Assembly (NCBI GenBank): GCA_963796285.1
Contig: CAWCKW010000010.1
Location: 15,717-79,716 of the forward strand
Length of the DNA: 64,000 bases
From: Nitrospirota bacterium
GTDB lineage: Bacteria > Nitrospirota > UBA9217
Direction: 5' to 3'
Shown: in pieces, positions 31,973 to 41,737 of the stretch
Position numbering within the stretch: the first letter of the stretch is position 1
Layout of the letters: every line of letters begins with the position of its first letter
The notes under the pieces: model-generated
What the model saw: only the letters and a program-made list of their open reading frames with translations
What the model was told of the DNA's origin: nothing
The model's database searches: none
Position numbers and translations under genes: made by a program

Positions 31973-32698
31973 TTAAGCCTGTTTCGACTTCGGGAGGGCA
32001 CTGCCCGCTACTTCCTTCACACCTTCAACAACGCCGACAAGCATGTCCTTTACCGCCTTGACTGCCGTGTTGCCGATCAAAGCCGCCGCATCAATCGCGC
32101 CAGTGACTGCAACCTTTGCCACTTCCTCGGCATTCCCCCCGACCTCCTTCGTTGCCTCGATCACGCCATCTACGGCCCTGCGGGCAACCATGGCAACATC
32201 AGCGCCGACCTCGGCAGCACCCTTGACAGCGCCGCTGACGGTCTGTCCTGCCACGGAAATAACATCGCCGCCAACATCGCTTACGCCCATGATCACCCCT
32301 TTTGCCACGCTCTTGGTGCTCAAGATGAGTCCGGTGCCGACCTCTTCAGTGGCCTGAATGGCCCCCTTGACTACATCCTTCGTGATACCGACAGCTTCAT
32401 CGGCCACTGCGCCTGTTGCACGAAGCGTGTTGGATACGATGTTCCTGACGAGGCTGACGATCTCCGCTTCGATCTCGTTGATCCCCTTGAGACTGCTCAC
32501 GACACCCTCTCTCACTGCAGATCCTGCTTTGCCGATGTCCCGGGCTGACGTTTCACTACCTATGGACTTTGCGTTTGTCATGTCTGCTCCTTTAGTTGTT
32601 GTCCTAGTTGTAATCTTCTGATCCGATCCCGATGATGTGCCGTGCGGACCGCGCTTCACTGTCTTCTTCGCTGGTGCCTTTTGTTTGCTGTCACTCAT
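31973..32698 (-). CDS. Ala/Val/Gly-rich protein with tandem 22-aa amphipathic repeats
   Basis: aggagg RBS, at least six consecutive 22-residue units. Confidence 0.75.
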   Translation of the reverse strand: MSDSKQKAPAKKTVKRGPHGTSSGSDQKITTRTTTKGADMTNAKSIGSETSARDIGKAGSAVREGVVSSLKGINEIEAEIVSLVRNIVSNTLRATGAVADEAVGITKDVVKGAIQATEEVGTGLILSTKSVAKGVIMGVSDVGGDVISVAGQTVSGAVKGAAEVGADVAMVARRAVDGVIEATKEVGGNAEEVAKVAVTGAIDAAALIGNTAVKAVKDMLVGVVEGVKEVAGSALPKSKQA

Positions 32699-32876
32699 AA
32701 TATCCTCCTTGCCAAGGTTCACAAAAACTTATCGTATCTTCTTGTATCCTGGATATTTTGATAATTCCGGGAATGGATATCTTGGGAATGCCGAATTGTC
32801 TGCTACTCGAATTTTTCGTAGCTGACAAGGCGGAAAGGAACTGGAAGAGTTCCCGCTTATCTAAGAGCTGCTTATG

Positions 32877-33362
32877 TTATTTCTTTTCCCCGTCTTTTGT
32901 TTTCGAGTAGAGATTGTATGCATACCAGTATGCTGCAGACCACGGTATTGGCCCCGCATTCCCTGACAGGATTTGCACACTACCCGCTATAACTAATGCT
33001 CCGACTGCAAACCCGCTCAGGTCCATATCACCACCCGTGAGGTTCTGTATCTGCCGATCAACGCTCTTGAATGTCTCCCCAAGGTTCCGGTGAAGATTTG
33101 CTGAGGGTACCCTTGAATCCTTTTGTTCCTGTAAAGAAAAAAGGTTCCCGGATCGCGCATACTCCGCAATCTCATGCACCGTCGTTTGGTGAAGCAAGAG
33201 TATACTCCCCGTACCCGGATTCACCTCAATGGAGAGAATGCCCGGACACGCGGCAAGCTGATCCCCCTGGGACTTTAGTGCTGCAAGGTTCCCTTTTTGT
33301 GAGGAGATCCTGATTCGTAATCTCCCGGTCGATGCATGGGCAATGACGGCATCAGGAATCAT
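32877..33362 (-). CDS. HMA2-domain membrane protein
   Basis: HASTGRLRIRI...NPGTGSILLLH, C-terminal hydrophobic segment with PWSAAYWY. Confidence 0.78.
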   Translation of the reverse strand: MIPDAVIAHASTGRLRIRISSQKGNLAALKSQGDQLAACPGILSIEVNPGTGSILLLHQTTVHEIAEYARSGNLFSLQEQKDSRVPSANLHRNLGETFKSVDRQIQNLTGGDMDLSGFAVGALVIAGSVQILSGNAGPIPWSAAYWYAYNLYSKTKDGEKK

Positions 33363-33697
33363 GACGCGGCTGGCCTGCGTTTGGATCTTGCCGCTACCGG
33401 TGCTGCTGCCGCTGCAACAGCCTCTGCAGCCGTTGGTGCTGCCGCAGCTGCTGCTGTCGACTCGGCCAATTCCGCCTTTGCTTCAGCCACAATATCCTCC
33501 GTGATTTCAGCAACCTCGGCAAAAGTTTCCTTGCCGCGTTCATACATCTGCATACCTCCTTTTATTGCGGCTTTTGCCAGAGGCTTCGCGATATTGGCAA
33601 ACAAAGGGATAACTACAGGTGCCAATATTGCTGCTCCGATGCCGATAGCCAGACCAGTAACAATATTACCTTTCAATACATCATCAAATAGTGCCAT
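33359..33697 (-). CDS. DUF5132-like small membrane protein (GxxxG helix plus amphipathic helix)
   Basis: GLAIGIGAAILAP...KPLAKAAIKGG...EDIVAEAKAE, aggagg RBS. Confidence 0.75.
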   Translation of the reverse strand: MALFDDVLKGNIVTGLAIGIGAAILAPVVIPLFANIAKPLAKAAIKGGMQMYERGKETFAEVAEITEDIVAEAKAELAESTAAAAAAPTAAEAVAAAAAPVAARSKRRPAAS

Positions 33698-34239
33698 GAG
33701 ATATCCTCCTTTTATATTTTAAATATTATCTCCTTCATGCTGTGAAGTCTACCTGCTCTTTCATTACTTCCCTACATAGCACTTTTGTAACCAATTCATT
33801 GCGCAGGCCGCTGAAAAAGGATTTATACTGTTGTCCTGAATCCGTTAACATGTTCAGGACAGCTCGACCTTGCTTCTCACCCGTGATTTCATCGATTTAA
33901 GCAAGGCGCTGGATTTCGGTAAACTCGTTTACTTCGGTTAGCATTTATTCTACTTAGCACGTTGAACGCTAACATCCTTTCAGCAGGCAAAGCTTGCCAC
34001 AAGGATCACCCGGCATCCTGCACTAAGTATCCATCGCAAAGAACTTGTGCCAGGTATACTCTTGCCTAGTATGAAAGTGTACAATAATATGTAGAATGGC
34101 GAGAGTATCGAAACGACTTTTTACAGATTATTCCCCATCACGAAAGGAGCACACTGTGAAGGGTAAGAAACGATCGACGTGAACAAAGAGAATCAAACAA
34201 AGAATGACGTGAGTGAATGTCCAGTCGAAAACGCCCTGG

Positions 34240-34266
34240 CTGTAACACAATCTTAACTTGACCTAT
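34240..34266 (+). repeat. 27-bp direct repeat copy 1 (two-unit Pho-like box)
   Basis: ctgtaacacaatcttaacttgacctat, identical at 34815-34841. Confidence 0.8.
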
Positions 34267-34467
34267 GATCAGAGGTGCGGTAGTTTATGACATCTAAAAG
34301 TGATTGATCTCCGCGAGCCGTTACAAATGGTTTACGATGGAATCGACAACACACTTTCGGATAAAAGCAAAGAATCGCTTTCGCGTGTGTTAAAGCGCGG
34401 CTTGGCAGTTACTTCATTGCTTATGAGTATTCAGATGTGAGCTCCAAAGGCATAGAAGGTCATAAAT

Positions 34468-34755
34468 ATGAATTTATTAAATCGCACGGACGCAAAACAG
34501 ATCATTGTGGAATATCTCGGGGAAAGCTTCGGGTCGTACACAGCAAAGATGCCTATCCTCGATATAAACGAGACTGGCGTTAAGGGTCGGAATTTCCTCG
34601 GTAAATGCGCCTTTGAAGAATGTTGGGTCGCGTACATGACGGATAACAGAACTCGCTTCAGCCTGGCTCCCTCTCGCATTATTTGCATTCTGAAGAAGAC
34701 GGGTGAGATTATCTATGACGGCAGCGAAGGCGGCGGGAACCGAGAAAAAGCCTGA
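34468..34755 (+). CDS. Hypothetical protein
   Basis: 95-aa ORF ending IICILKKTGEIIYDGSEG, no recognised family. Confidence 0.5.
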   Translation: MNLLNRTDAKQIIVEYLGESFGSYTAKMPILDINETGVKGRNFLGKCAFEECWVAYMTDNRTRFSLAPSRIICILKKTGEIIYDGSEGGGNREKA

Positions 34756-34814
34756 CGAGCTATCCGAGTATCTGAAGTGCAACCTCCTCTGCCCATAACC
34801 TTACAATACCCCGT

Positions 34815-34841
34815 CTGTAACACAATCTTAACTTGACCTAT
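34815..34841 (+). repeat. 27-bp direct repeat copy 2 (two-unit Pho-like box) upstream of arsC
   Basis: Identical to 34240-34266. Confidence 0.8.
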
Positions 34842-34960
34842 TTATAGATTTATAGATATCCTATAATAATTATCCACCCTTTTTAATTCCGTTCTTTTTT
34901 TTATCTAGATTGTTTTTAAATTGGTATTTTTTCTACAGAATGCGATAGGAGATTGCAATT

Positions 34961-35401
34961 ATGACCAAACCAAAGGCGTTATTCCTTTGTACAGGGAACT
35001 CAGCCCGCAGCCAAATGGCTGAAGCATTTCTCAGAAAATATGCTGGGGAGAAGTATGAAGTTCACAGTGCAGGTTTGGAGCCAAAAAGAATTAATCCTTA
35101 TACAATTCGTGTAATGGAGGAAGTTGGCGTCAGTTTGAATGGTTATAAATCAAAAAGTGTGAAAGAATATATGGGGAAGGTACATGTCGCATATTTTTTC
35201 ACCGTCTGCGATCAAGCTGAAAAAAACTGTCCGCGAACTTTTCTGATGAGCGTAGGGCGACACGTCCGTTGGGGGTTTGAAGACCCCGCAGCATTTGAGG
35301 GAACAGATGAGGAAAAGCTATCAAAATTCCGGGAAGTTCGAGACCAGATTGACCAAAAAATCATAGAGTGGTTAGGAGAACAAGGCGTTACTGTTCCCTG
35401 A
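34961..35401 (+). CDS. arsC: Thioredoxin-type arsenate reductase (LMW-PTP fold)
   Basis: CTGNSARSQMAE P-loop, resolving cysteines in VCDQAEKNCP, WGFEDP, FREVRDQI. Confidence 0.88.
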   Translation: MTKPKALFLCTGNSARSQMAEAFLRKYAGEKYEVHSAGLEPKRINPYTIRVMEEVGVSLNGYKSKSVKEYMGKVHVAYFFTVCDQAEKNCPRTFLMSVGRHVRWGFEDPAAFEGTDEEKLSKFREVRDQIDQKIIEWLGEQGVTVP

Positions 35402-35460
35402 ACAACACATTGAGGAAAAAACATGGGGGCAGCCTTTGACAGGAGACACTTTATGGCGGT

Positions 35461-35667
35461 ATGGGCATGAAGATTCAAGACATTAAGGACATTGCAAAGA
35501 AAAAAGGCGTTAATGCTGGGAAAATGAATAAAACAGACCTTATTAGGGCTATTCGAATAGCAGAAGGGAGCAACGTATGTTTTGCTACCTTCTCTATCCA
35601 GACATGCAGTCAAAAGAATTGTTTATGGCGCGCAGACTGCATGGAGGGCATGCTCAAGCCGGACTAA
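35461..35667 (+). CDS. Small SAP/Rho-N-like domain protein with a Cys-rich tail
   Basis: IKDIAKKKGV...KTDLIRAIRIAEG..CF....C....CLWRADC. Confidence 0.65.
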   Translation: MGMKIQDIKDIAKKKGVNAGKMNKTDLIRAIRIAEGSNVCFATFSIQTCSQKNCLWRADCMEGMLKPD

Positions 35668-35735
35668 CAATGCTTTCCATCTGACGGCGCTGCGGTTTAC
35701 TCCACAGGCTAGAATAAAGAGTAAGGAGTCGAACA

Positions 35736-36290
35736 ATGACAAACACATTAACAACTGTACTCGAGAAAGTTCAGGAAGGTCTTGGACAGGGCGGCGTTTT
35801 AGATCAGATCGATAAACTTTTTCGTAAGCAGCAAAGAATCAATCTGTTTGAAAAGCTCGAAAAGATCGAGAACAAAGAGGTAGATAATTTTCCTGTTGTG
35901 CTTTATAAGAGCATAATGCCAAACGGGAAAAAACAGCCTGCCTTATTGCGCTTTTACCTTCCGTCTTGGAAAGATCATGATGAAATCTTTTGGCAATCGC
36001 TCGGTGATTATATTATTCTCGCGATGCACCGAGTGACAGATGTCGAATTCGATAGCACCAGAGGCCGGATAAAGGTTAAATATTTTCCCAAGATAAAAGG
36101 CCGGATAAAACATCCGGAAGACATCAGGGTGATCATCCAAAAAATTGCTTATCTTGTGGATACAGAAGGTTTGCCGACAGACTTCACTCGCTTCCGACGC
36201 ATGACAGAACGACGTGATAGCTTGGGCGAGATGAGCAAAGAACAGGCCGCACTTATCGGCGTGGCATTAAAGCTTATCCAAATACCTTAG
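35736..36290 (+). CDS. Hypothetical protein
   Basis: 184-aa ORF with aaggag RBS, low GC. Confidence 0.55.
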   Translation: MTNTLTTVLEKVQEGLGQGGVLDQIDKLFRKQQRINLFEKLEKIENKEVDNFPVVLYKSIMPNGKKQPALLRFYLPSWKDHDEIFWQSLGDYIILAMHRVTDVEFDSTRGRIKVKYFPKIKGRIKHPEDIRVIIQKIAYLVDTEGLPTDFTRFRRMTERRDSLGEMSKEQAALIGVALKLIQIP

Positions 36291-36338
36291 TAGCAATTTA
36301 TTTGCTGAAAATCACGTCCTCCCCGTAAAGGGCTAAGC

Positions 36339-36455
36339 TGGAGCTTCGAAGACCCCTCGACGTTGACCGGCACTGACGAGGAAAAGCTCCAAGCCGTCAG
36401 AAGAATACGCGATCAGATTTACCAGCAGATCGTTGAGTGGCTGAAGACGGCCTGA
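36339..36455 (+). pseudogene. C-terminal remnant of a second arsC
   Basis: Translates WSFEDPSTLTGTDEEKLQAVRRIRDQIYQQIVEWLKTA*, matching the end of the 34961 ORF. Confidence 0.75.
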
Positions 36456-36494
36456 CCAGGAACCGTACAAAAGCCGCAAAATAAACCCGCCGAA

Positions 36495-36538
36495 TTTAAC
36501 GTAAACTTCACTTCTGCTTCATTCTCCTGTAACAGCCC
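36495..36538 (+). promoter_or_regulatory. Four-unit Pho-box-like array upstream of repeated ORF copy 2
   Basis: tttaacgtaaa cttcacttctg cttcattctcc tgtaacagccc, TATCAT at 36544. Confidence 0.7.
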
Positions 36539-36633
36539 TCCTGTATCATTGACACCATAAATACAAATGCGTACCACGCCATGGAGAAGGTCGGACGAGT
36601 ATTTGGCGAAATCAGAAGCTCAAGGAGGATCAC

Positions 36634-36909
36634 ATGAACCACATCATCATCAAGATTGAAAGCGGAGTTGTCGACGAAGTCTACTACACCGAACCGGTTT
36701 CCGTGACCGTCGTTGACGATGACGTCATCGAGGGTGGAGAAACGTTTGAGGGTCGTATGAAAAAAGCAGTTCTGTCCATGATGCCCGATCAGCGCGTCAG
36801 GCCCGAGGAAATCGAGCAGGTGGTCAAAAGGCTGGTGCTCGAATGCAGGCGCCCTGCTGACAGGCGACTGTCTGGGCGGATCATGATCGATGTCGACGCA
36901 GCGGCATAA
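36634..36909 (+). CDS. Unknown 91-aa protein, copy 2 of 3
   Basis: aaggagga RBS, paralogue of 20501-20776. Confidence 0.85.
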   Translation: MNHIIIKIESGVVDEVYYTEPVSVTVVDDDVIEGGETFEGRMKKAVLSMMPDQRVRPEEIEQVVKRLVLECRRPADRRLSGRIMIDVDAAA

Positions 36910-36958
36910 GCGACGATCGTTTCTGTCAATTTCCGGGTGGGCAGATCGCGATAAAACA

Positions 36959-37002
36959 TTTAACCAAAACTTAACACCATTGTCATAAAGATGTAGCGAG
37001 GG
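36959..37002 (+). promoter_or_regulatory. Four-unit Pho-box-like array upstream of the second pst-like operon
   Basis: tttaaccaaaa cttaacaccat tgtcataaaga tgtagcgaggg, TACAAT at 37008. Confidence 0.75.
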
Positions 37003-37073
37003 TGGCGTACAATTCGAACCAGATATAAAGAGACCATAATAAAAGAGGCATTATCTCATCTTTGGAGGACCCA

Positions 37074-37955
37074 ATGAAACAGCTCATGGCAGGTATTGTT
37101 CTATTTGCAGTTCTCGCACTCAGTTCGAACGCCGGTGCGCAGGAGTCCAAGATCTTCGACGGGATAATCCGCATCGGCGGTTCGACGACCCTGCTTCCCG
37201 TAATTGCGGACAGCGCCAGCCAATTCATGGAGAAGTTCGAGACATGGGACAAAGTCGACTCCGCGCTTCCCAAGGTGCCGATCCTGATTTACGTGACAGG
37301 CGGCGGCTCAGGGTTCGGCGTAAAAGCGGTCACGGACGGCACGGTCATGATCGGGATGGCATCGAGGGACATCAAGGAGAAAGAAAAGGCCGCACTCGGG
37401 CAGCATAAAGAATATCTGATCAGCAAGGACTGCGTCGCCTTCGCCGTGAACAAAAAGAATCCTCTTGCGAAAATCGAAAATCTCACCCGCGAGGATGTCG
37501 TCCGGATCTTTTCCGGTGAAGCCGCTACGTTCAAGGATATCAAGGCAACTCTTCCCAATAAGCCGATTCTCGTGCAGATGCGCGATGCTGCTGGCGGGTC
37601 CACGGAAGTCCTCCAGAAGGAGGTCCTGAAAAACAAGACTTTCACACAAAAGGCGATCCAGGTGCCGTCTCAGGGCGCAAACCTTAAAAAACTACAGACA
37701 AATACCAGCGTCATCGGCTATATATCGTCGGTGCTCGCACTCCAGAGCCCCGAGCTCAAAGTTTTTCGGTTCGAGGGCGTTGCCCCCACGAACGAGAATG
37801 TCATAAACGGCAAATACTCGCTGACGCGTCCGCTCCTGCTTCTGGTGAAAGGAGATCCCGAGCCCGCCGTTGAAAAGTTCATCACGTTCATGCTCAATGA
37901 AGGTCAAAAAACCGTTGAAGAGCACGGCTACGTTCCGGTAAAAGCTGTCCAATGA
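37074..37955 (+). CDS. PstS-family substrate-binding protein (divergent)
   Basis: Signal peptide, IGGSTT, GGGSGFG, MASR, YSLTRPL. Confidence 0.82.
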   Translation: MKQLMAGIVLFAVLALSSNAGAQESKIFDGIIRIGGSTTLLPVIADSASQFMEKFETWDKVDSALPKVPILIYVTGGGSGFGVKAVTDGTVMIGMASRDIKEKEKAALGQHKEYLISKDCVAFAVNKKNPLAKIENLTREDVVRIFSGEAATFKDIKATLPNKPILVQMRDAAGGSTEVLQKEVLKNKTFTQKAIQVPSQGANLKKLQTNTSVIGYISSVLALQSPELKVFRFEGVAPTNENVINGKYSLTRPLLLLVKGDPEPAVEKFITFMLNEGQKTVEEHGYVPVKAVQ

Positions 37956-38857
37956 TACAGTTCAGTATTCCGCAGCATCGTTTTACGAGCGACGGTCTAG
38001 TCCGTTTCGCCAGCTTAGCGGCGCTCTGCTCCGGAATTTTTCTGCTCCTGCTCATCATTGCCTTTGTGCTCCGCGAGTCATCAGTCTTTTCCGGATTCGG
38101 TTTGAACATGCTCGATTTCCTCGTGCGGGACCCCTGGGCGCCGCTTGCCACGCCGCCTACCTACGGCATCTTCCATGCGTGGCTGTCGACGCTCATTGTC
38201 GCAGGAATGAGTCTGGCTGTCGCAGTCCCCTTGGGTCTCGGCATCGGCCTCTTCATCGCTGAGCTCGCGCCCCGGCCGCTGCAGCAACTCATGCAGCCTG
38301 CGCTTGAACTCCTTGCAGGCATTCCCGCGGTCGTCTACGGGTTTTTTGGCTATGTCATGCTGGTCCAAAATTTTGAAACGTGGTTTGCAATGCCGGCAGG
38401 AGAATGCCTGCTCATTGCGGGTCTTATCCTCGCCGTGATGGTCCTCCCGTTTATCGCGAGCACCGCGGCCGAATCCTTCCGAAGTGTGTCCCGGGAACTG
38501 AAAGAAACGGCATATGGTTTCGGCGTCACCAGGCTGTATGTCATTCGCAGGATAGTCATGCGCAAGGCGTTGCCGGGCCTGTTCGCGGCCGTGGCCCTCG
38601 GTCTGGCAAGGGCACTGGGAGAGACACTCGCTGTTCTCATGCTTACGGGAAATTCTTCGGCCAGCCCCGGTTCCCTCCTGGACCGCGGCCAGCCGATTAC
38701 GGCGCTCCTTGCAACGGAACTCGGCGAGACGGCCAGCCAGTCGCAAAAATACAAAGCCCTATTCGCGTCAGGTTTTTTTCTCATGCTCGTTGTCCTGGCA
38801 ATCAATATGGCGGTTTGGTTCCTGAGAAAACGGGCCTTGGAGCACTCCCATGCATGA
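37952..38857 (+). CDS. PstC-like ABC permease
   Basis: ELLAGIPAVVYG, LARALGETLAV. Confidence 0.85.
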   Translation: MIQFSIPQHRFTSDGLVRFASLAALCSGIFLLLLIIAFVLRESSVFSGFGLNMLDFLVRDPWAPLATPPTYGIFHAWLSTLIVAGMSLAVAVPLGLGIGLFIAELAPRPLQQLMQPALELLAGIPAVVYGFFGYVMLVQNFETWFAMPAGECLLIAGLILAVMVLPFIASTAAESFRSVSRELKETAYGFGVTRLYVIRRIVMRKALPGLFAAVALGLARALGETLAVLMLTGNSSASPGSLLDRGQPITALLATELGETASQSQKYKALFASGFFLMLVVLAINMAVWFLRKRALEHSHA

Positions 38858-39761
38858 CATAAGCATACCCTGCCTGCTCGCCGCAGACCCTGCTGATGCA
38901 CGCGTCAGACTCGCTTCGTACCGGCGTTCGGTTTTCGTTGATCAGCTATTTCATATTATTTTGTGGGTTTGCGGTCTTCTCGGCGTCCTTCTCCCGGTAT
39001 TTATCATCGGCTACCTGCTGATTCACGGAAGCCACAGCCTGTCGTGGACATTCCTTTTCGACCATCCGCGAGGCGCGCCGCTCGGGACTGCGGGAGGCAT
39101 AGGGCCGGCTATACAGGGTTCTCTTGCCCTCGCGTTATGCGGGCTTCTCATGGCGTTTCCGCTCTCGCTCGCGGGAGGCGTCTACCTTTCGGAGTATGGA
39201 CGTTCCCGGGTTTTTAACGATTCAGCGCGTTTCATCGTCGAATGCCTGGCGGCAGTTCCTTCGGTCATTTACGGGCTTTTCGGGTACGCTTTCCTGGTCG
39301 TTTTTCTTAAGTTCGGCATTTCTCTTTTCGCGGGAAGCATTGTCCTGGCGCTCATCATGTTCCCGATCATGCTTATTTCCATTCAGGAAGCGTTCAGGGC
39401 AGTTGATCCGGGGTACCGGGAGACAGCGCTCTCCCTGGGCGTTACCCGCTGGTACCTCGTGCGGAAGATACTTCTGCCGAAGGCATGGCCGGGCATCGTT
39501 GCCGGAGTAGTTTTGGCCGTAGGCCATGCCGTGGGCTCCGCCGCGCCGGTGCTCTTTACCGCGAGCGTCTACTTCTCCAAGGGAGGCTTGAAACTTGAAC
39601 AGCCCGTGATGACGCTGCCCACGCATCTCTATCATCTCGTATCGGAAGCAATCTCCTTCGACCAGGCCTACGGCACGGCACTCGTCCTCATTATCGGATT
39701 GCTGCTCTTTAACATGAGCGCCCTGCTTATACGTAAAATAGGGGGCGCTGCATCCACGTGA
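38850..39761 (+). CDS. PstA-like ABC permease
   Basis: GGIGPAIQGS, LAAVPSVIYGLFG, TLPTHLY. Confidence 0.85.
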   Translation: MHDISIPCLLAADPADARVRLASYRRSVFVDQLFHIILWVCGLLGVLLPVFIIGYLLIHGSHSLSWTFLFDHPRGAPLGTAGGIGPAIQGSLALALCGLLMAFPLSLAGGVYLSEYGRSRVFNDSARFIVECLAAVPSVIYGLFGYAFLVVFLKFGISLFAGSIVLALIMFPIMLISIQEAFRAVDPGYRETALSLGVTRWYLVRKILLPKAWPGIVAGVVLAVGHAVGSAAPVLFTASVYFSKGGLKLEQPVMTLPTHLYHLVSEAISFDQAYGTALVLIIGLLLFNMSALLIRKIGGAAST

Positions 39762-40584
39762 CCATACAAACGGAAATTCTCCATGCGATCGCGTCTTCCG
39801 ACGGTATCGCGCCGCCGGCCTTGCATCCTGCGGTTATTTTTGAAGTCAGGAAGCTGTGTGTTTCCTTCAACGGCCGCACTGTCCTGAACGACGTAAGCAC
39901 GGCCGCGCTGGACCGCCAGGTGCTGGCCGTTATCGGCCCTTCGGGTTCCGGAAAGTCACGCTTTTACGCGCAATGAACCGGACGCTGGAACTTGTCCCGG
40001 ATGCCCGCGTTATTTCGGGAACAGTTCATTTCAAAAACAATAACCTCTATGAACGCGATATCGATGCCAGAATCATTCGGAAGCGCATCTGCATGGTTCA
40101 TCAGAAACCCGCACCCTTTCCAATGTCGATCCGGGAAAACGTGCTGTTTGGAGTACGTTTTCATAAGAACTGGAACGGCCGCGGCAAGGATGAAATCGTC
40201 CGGACCTGCCTCGAACGGACAGGCCTCTGGAGCGAAACAAAGGACAGGCTGAGCGAGCCGGCCTCCCGCCTGTCGGTCGGGCAGCTGCAGCGGCTGTGTA
40301 TCACCCGCGCCCTGGCCAACGATCCCGAAGCGCTCCTGATGGACGAACCCTGTTCGGCGCTGGACCCGGTCTCAACAGGCAGGATCGAAGAACTGATTCT
40401 CACTCTGAAGCGCCATCTTCCGGTCATCATCGTCACCCATAACCTGGCGCAGGCGCGCCGCATCGCGGACCGCTGTCTTTTTCTCTACAGCGGTTTCTCC
40501 CTGGAACAGGGAACGACCGAAAAAGTATTTCTGGAACCGGAAAGCAACCTGGTCCGTGATTTTGTAACGGGAAGGACAGGATAA
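39758..40584 (+). CDS. PstB-like ABC ATPase, frameshift near 39955
   Basis: GPSGSGKS in the first ORF. QKPAPFPMSIREN, LSVGQLQRL, DEPCSALDP and HNLAQARR in the second. Confidence 0.85.
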
Positions 40585-40591
40585 CCGCCGA

Positions 40592-41722
40592 ATGCGAAAC
40601 AAACAGCAACGCGCCGTAATATGCATGTACGACGGTTTCGGGAGCGACTATTACGAACGGAGCCGTCTGCCGATCATGAAAGACATGGCCCGACAGGGCG
40701 TGATGAAGCGGGGCCGCGCTATTTTCCCGACGCTCACGAACGCAAATAACATTTCCATTTGTTGCGCATCCTGGCCCGCAGAGCATGGCGTGACGACCAA
40801 TTGCTATTTTGATGAAGCCACGGGAACAGCGCGTTTTCTCGAGGACGCTAAATTCATTCTTACGCCGACCATATTTAACCGATTCCGGGACAGGGGTGTT
40901 CGTTCTGCGCTTCTCACCTGCAAGGCAAAGACCCTTCTTCTTGTCGGCGGAGACGCCGATATTGCCGTGGCAGCCGAATCTCCCTCGAAAGAGGTCATTG
41001 AAAAGTACGGTCCGCCGCCCCCCATGTACAGTCCCGAGGTGAACTATTGGCTTTGGAAAATAGCCGTCGATATTCTCTCGTCACAGCCGGATATCGGTCT
41101 CCTGTATGTGCACACTACGGATTATCCCATGCATATGTGGGGACCGGAGGAACCGCAGTCTCTGACCCACATGGCCCATCTCGACAGATTGTTGGGCGAA
41201 GCCAAGAGGGTTGCCCCGGATGCGCTGTTTCTCATCACCGCGGACCACGGGATGAACCCGAAAAAACGGTGCATCGACCTTCGTAAAACGTGCGCTGCAA
41301 ACGGAATACAGATTCGTTTCTCGATCTCTCCGGTTGCGGACCGGCTGGTAAAGCACCATCGTGGTTTCGGCGGTGTTTCGTATATCTATGTCCAATCAAT
41401 TGAAGAGATTTCTTTTGTTCAGGCATACTTGAGCACACTGGATGGCGTGGACAAGGTCCTGCAGCGTCATGAAGCTGCTCACCGTTATCACCTTATGCCG
41501 GAACGTATCGGCGATCTCGTGGTCCTGGCGGATATCGACACCGTGTTCGGGGACCTGGACGGACCATATGAAGAATTGGAGAAAGGGTATCGCAACCATG
41601 GTTCGACATATGAGGAGGATATTCCGCTTATCCTGTATGGGTATGAGGGAATATTACCGACTCCGAACGAGTTCGCGATGAATTTTGATTTGACGCGGTG
41701 GCTCTGTCGCACGGTGCTTTAA
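40592..41722 (+). CDS. Alkaline phosphatase superfamily enzyme, phosphonoacetate hydrolase (PhnA)-like, copy 1
   Basis: YDG, PTLTNANN (Thr nucleophile), YVHTTDYPMH, ITADHGMN, RNHGS. Confidence 0.78.
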   Translation: MRNKQQRAVICMYDGFGSDYYERSRLPIMKDMARQGVMKRGRAIFPTLTNANNISICCASWPAEHGVTTNCYFDEATGTARFLEDAKFILTPTIFNRFRDRGVRSALLTCKAKTLLLVGGDADIAVAAESPSKEVIEKYGPPPPMYSPEVNYWLWKIAVDILSSQPDIGLLYVHTTDYPMHMWGPEEPQSLTHMAHLDRLLGEAKRVAPDALFLITADHGMNPKKRCIDLRKTCAANGIQIRFSISPVADRLVKHHRGFGGVSYIYVQSIEEISFVQAYLSTLDGVDKVLQRHEAAHRYHLMPERIGDLVVLADIDTVFGDLDGPYEELEKGYRNHGSTYEEDIPLILYGYEGILPTPNEFAMNFDLTRWLCRTVL

Positions 41723-41737
41723 AAAAAAGGAGACAAT

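Noticed and set aside
31973-33697. Magnetosome gene cluster
   Set aside because: No recognisable core mam genes (mamA, E, K, O, Q). Only generic Gly-rich membrane proteins and a CzcD-like CDF are present.
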